50,856 nt of DNA, from positions 8,892 to 59,747 of the forward strand of contig CAYQKI010000001.1 in assembly GCA_964418105.1 (NCBI GenBank), read 5' to 3'. The DNA is from an uncultured Methanotrichaceae archaeon. Its GTDB lineage: Archaea; Halobacteriota; Methanosarcinia; Methanotrichales; Methanotrichaceae. Shown here piece by piece: positions 48,735-50,856 of the stretch. Every line of letters starts with the position of its first letter. Within the stretch, counting starts at the first letter, position 1. The notes beneath the pieces were generated by a model that ran no database searches, was not told where the DNA came from, and saw nothing but the letters and a program-made list of their open reading frames with translations. Made by a program: the position numbers and the translations under genes.

Positions 48735-49811
48735 GTGCAGCTCGTAATAAATAGCTATGGTGCCAGTCTCAGGAAGAGCGGGAACTGTTTTGTTGTTAAA
48801 AGGGATGACAGGAGCTTTGAGATAGCTGTGAGCAAGGTGAGCAGCATCCTGATCACAACGGCGGCGAGCATCACCACCGATGCCATCAAGCTGGCGCTGG
48901 ACAACAACATCGATATCGTTTTCCTCAACTCCTACGGCGATCCCTATGGCCGGGTCTGGCATCCGAGGCTGGGCAGCACCACTCTCATCAGGAGGAGGCA
49001 ACTGGAGATTTACGACACTTCGGACGGCCTGAATCTGGCAAAGGAGTGGGGCATAAAGAAGCTGGAAAACCAGATAGATTTCCTGTCAAGGCTCGGCAAG
49101 ACGCGGGAGGAGAAGAGGGATGACCTGGACAGGCAGATCAGAGAAATTGAGCAGTTCAAAGAGCAGATGAAGAGGCTCTTGGGCACCATTGAAGCCCGGC
49201 GGCAGGACATGCTGGGGCTGGAAGGAATGGCGGCCAGGGTCTACTTTGAGGCCATATCCTCCATCATGCCGGAGAGGTACAGGTTTTCCGGAAGGAGCAG
49301 AAATCCGGCCAGGGATGAGTTCAATGCCCTGCTCAATTACGGCTACGGTGTCCTTTACTCGATGGTGGAGAAGGGCTGCATCATCGCCGGCCTCGATCCG
49401 TACCTGGGCTTTCTGCATTCCGACTCCTACAATAAGAAGTCTCTTGTCTTCGACCTGATTGAGCTTTTCAGGATCTACGTGGACGAGACGGTGGTCTTTC
49501 TCTTCTCCAGGAGGATGGTCAAGGATGAGCTCTTCGAGACCCTGGAGCAGGGCATGGGCCTGTCCAAGGACGGCAAGGCAGTCCTCATTGAGGCCCTTAA
49601 CAGGAAGTTTGAGGAGACAGTCCTCTACAGAGGCCGCAATATCAAGACCAGGAATACAATACAACTGGAGTGCCACAGGATCGCCAACTCTCTGATCCGC
49701 CCTGGCGAGGAGTTGCCGGAGGACTACGATAAGAATGTCCTGGACCTGGAGGAAGAACAAGAGGAAGAGAAAAGCGTGCCGGAGGAAGGCAAAGGCTGCG
49801 GAGGTGTCTGA
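48735..49811 (+). CDS. cas1: CRISPR-associated endonuclease Cas1
   Basis: GLEG.AARVYF, FSGRSR.PA.D.FNALLNYGY, GLDPYLGFLH, SLVFDLIELFR; GTG start. Confidence 0.96.
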   Translation: MQLVINSYGASLRKSGNCFVVKRDDRSFEIAVSKVSSILITTAASITTDAIKLALDNNIDIVFLNSYGDPYGRVWHPRLGSTTLIRRRQLEIYDTSDGLNLAKEWGIKKLENQIDFLSRLGKTREEKRDDLDRQIREIEQFKEQMKRLLGTIEARRQDMLGLEGMAARVYFEAISSIMPERYRFSGRSRNPARDEFNALLNYGYGVLYSMVEKGCIIAGLDPYLGFLHSDSYNKKSLVFDLIELFRIYVDETVVFLFSRRMVKDELFETLEQGMGLSKDGKAVLIEALNRKFEETVLYRGRNIKTRNTIQLECHRIANSLIRPGEELPEDYDKNVLDLEEEQEEEKSVPEEGKGCGGV

Positions 49812-50099
49812 ATGCTGGTCTGGGTCATCTACGACATTTCCGAGAACCGAATAAGGAGCAGAGTGGCGAAGCTGTGCAAGAACTACGGGCTGTTCCGGGT
49901 GCAGAAGAGCGCGTTCCTCGGAGACCTGAACCGCAACGAGTCCGACTCGCTGGCCCTGGAGTGCCAGGAGGCAATTGAGCAGTCGGATTCGGTCTATGTC
50001 TTTCCCATGTGCGAGGACTGCTTCGACAAGATCAAGCTGATCGGGGCGGGCTTCGACAGAGAGATGGTGGCGGGGATGACCATAACCAAGGTGTTCTGA
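49812..50099 (+). CDS. cas2: CRISPR-associated endoribonuclease Cas2
   Basis: VIYDISENRIR, RVQKSAF, DSVYVFPMC; ggaggt SD. Confidence 0.96.
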   Translation: MLVWVIYDISENRIRSRVAKLCKNYGLFRVQKSAFLGDLNRNESDSLALECQEAIEQSDSVYVFPMCEDCFDKIKLIGAGFDREMVAGMTITKVF

Positions 50100-50276
50100 G
50101 GGGGAGGGGCAGGAATGGTGGAGGAGGCAGAGGCGGGAATGGGCGCCGGCGGGCTTGCGGGTGCTCGCGCAGGTGCGGGCACGGGCGCATCATGCGCGGG
50201 CGTGCGCGCAGGTGGGCAGGAGGGCGGGCAGGCGCAGACGAGCGTGCGAGCGCCGCCGGGCGGGCGGGAGAGCGGG

Positions 50277-50856
50277 ATGGAGCAGGAGATCTTCGTCACA
50301 GTCTCGGACGCGCTGGAGTACCTGTTCTGTCCGAGGTTTATATTCTTCATGCACTGCCTGGACATCGCCCAGCGGGAGGAGCGAAGGTACAAGGTCTTGA
50401 AGGGCAGGGAGCTGCACGAGATTCGAGAGAAGGTCAACCGGGAATACGTCCGAAAGAAGCTCAACTGCGTGAGAAAAGATGTCTCAGTATATCTCACATC
50501 TCACAAGCTTCACTTCAAGGGGGAGGTAGACGAGGTTCTCTTCCTGGAGGATGGAACGGCTGCGCCGCTCGACTATAAGTATGCCGAATACAAGGACACC
50601 ATTTACAGGACGCATAAGTTTCAGGCGGTCCTTTACGGACTGCTCATCATGGAGCACTTCGGTGTGGAGGTTAAGCGGGGCTTTGTCTGCTACACAAGGA
50701 GCAATAACTACGTTGCAGAAATAGACTTCCGGCAAAAAGATTATGAGAAGGCAAAGGAGATTGTGCGCGAGATACTGATGATAATTCAGAGGGGATATTT
50801 CCCGGAAGGGACAAAGCAGAAGGCCAGGTGCGTGGACTGCACGTATAGGAATATTT
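50277..50856 (+). CDS. cas4: CRISPR-associated exonuclease Cas4 (runs off the window end; in-frame upstream ATG at 50115)
   Basis: Own translation: MEQEIFVTVSDALEYLFCPRF..G.ELH..GEVDEV..PLDYK..Q..LYG..ARCVDCTYRNI; absent from the ORF track because the stop lies outside the window. Confidence 0.92.
   Translation, partial: MEQEIFVTVSDALEYLFCPRFIFFMHCLDIAQREERRYKVLKGRELHEIREKVNREYVRKKLNCVRKDVSVYLTSHKLHFKGEVDEVLFLEDGTAAPLDYKYAEYKDTIYRTHKFQAVLYGLLIMEHFGVEVKRGFVCYTRSNNYVAEIDFRQKDYEKAKEIVREILMIIQRGYFPEGTKQKARCVDCTYRNI

Noticed and set aside
50009-50578. 189-aa Arg/Gly-rich ORF overlapping cas2/cas4
   Set aside because: Wrong frame; the cas4 reading frame explains the region

Overview
Archaeal methanogen DNA, most consistent with Methanothrix/Methanotrichaceae. 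That assignment is an inference from Mmp10, DHQ synthase II, archaeal Hpt, DUF357 and COG1361 S-layer proteins. The left flank is housekeeping-like (wHTH regulator, aroB'-aroD, an Mmp10-family radical SAM, a B12/radical SAM). The right flank holds hpt, DUF357, a lipid kinase, an MscS-like gene, a DUF362 fusion and cas1-cas2-cas4, with cas4 cut by the window edge. Between them lies a ~35 kb accessory region (about 5.9-41.1 kb) dominated by a sulfatase system. It has five Cys-type (formylglycine) sulfatases, three cytoplasmic and two exported, plus two anaerobic sulfatase maturases, an exported HAD phosphatase, an exported S9 peptidase and several membrane proteins. AT-rich TPR/protease genes are interleaved. 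Signals missed by the ORF track: a 26-aa pro-region motif shared by the two otherwise dissimilar exported sulfatases; a 582-bp unit bounded by 22-bp inverted repeats around a tiny double Cys/His-finger gene; decayed fdhA and PspAB-like pseudogenes; a possible non-canonical or mutated start codon; and a G-quadruplex motif with a Gly/Ala extension in front of cas4. No CRISPR array, rRNA or tRNA was seen. Family assignments come from motif recognition by eye, not from database searches.
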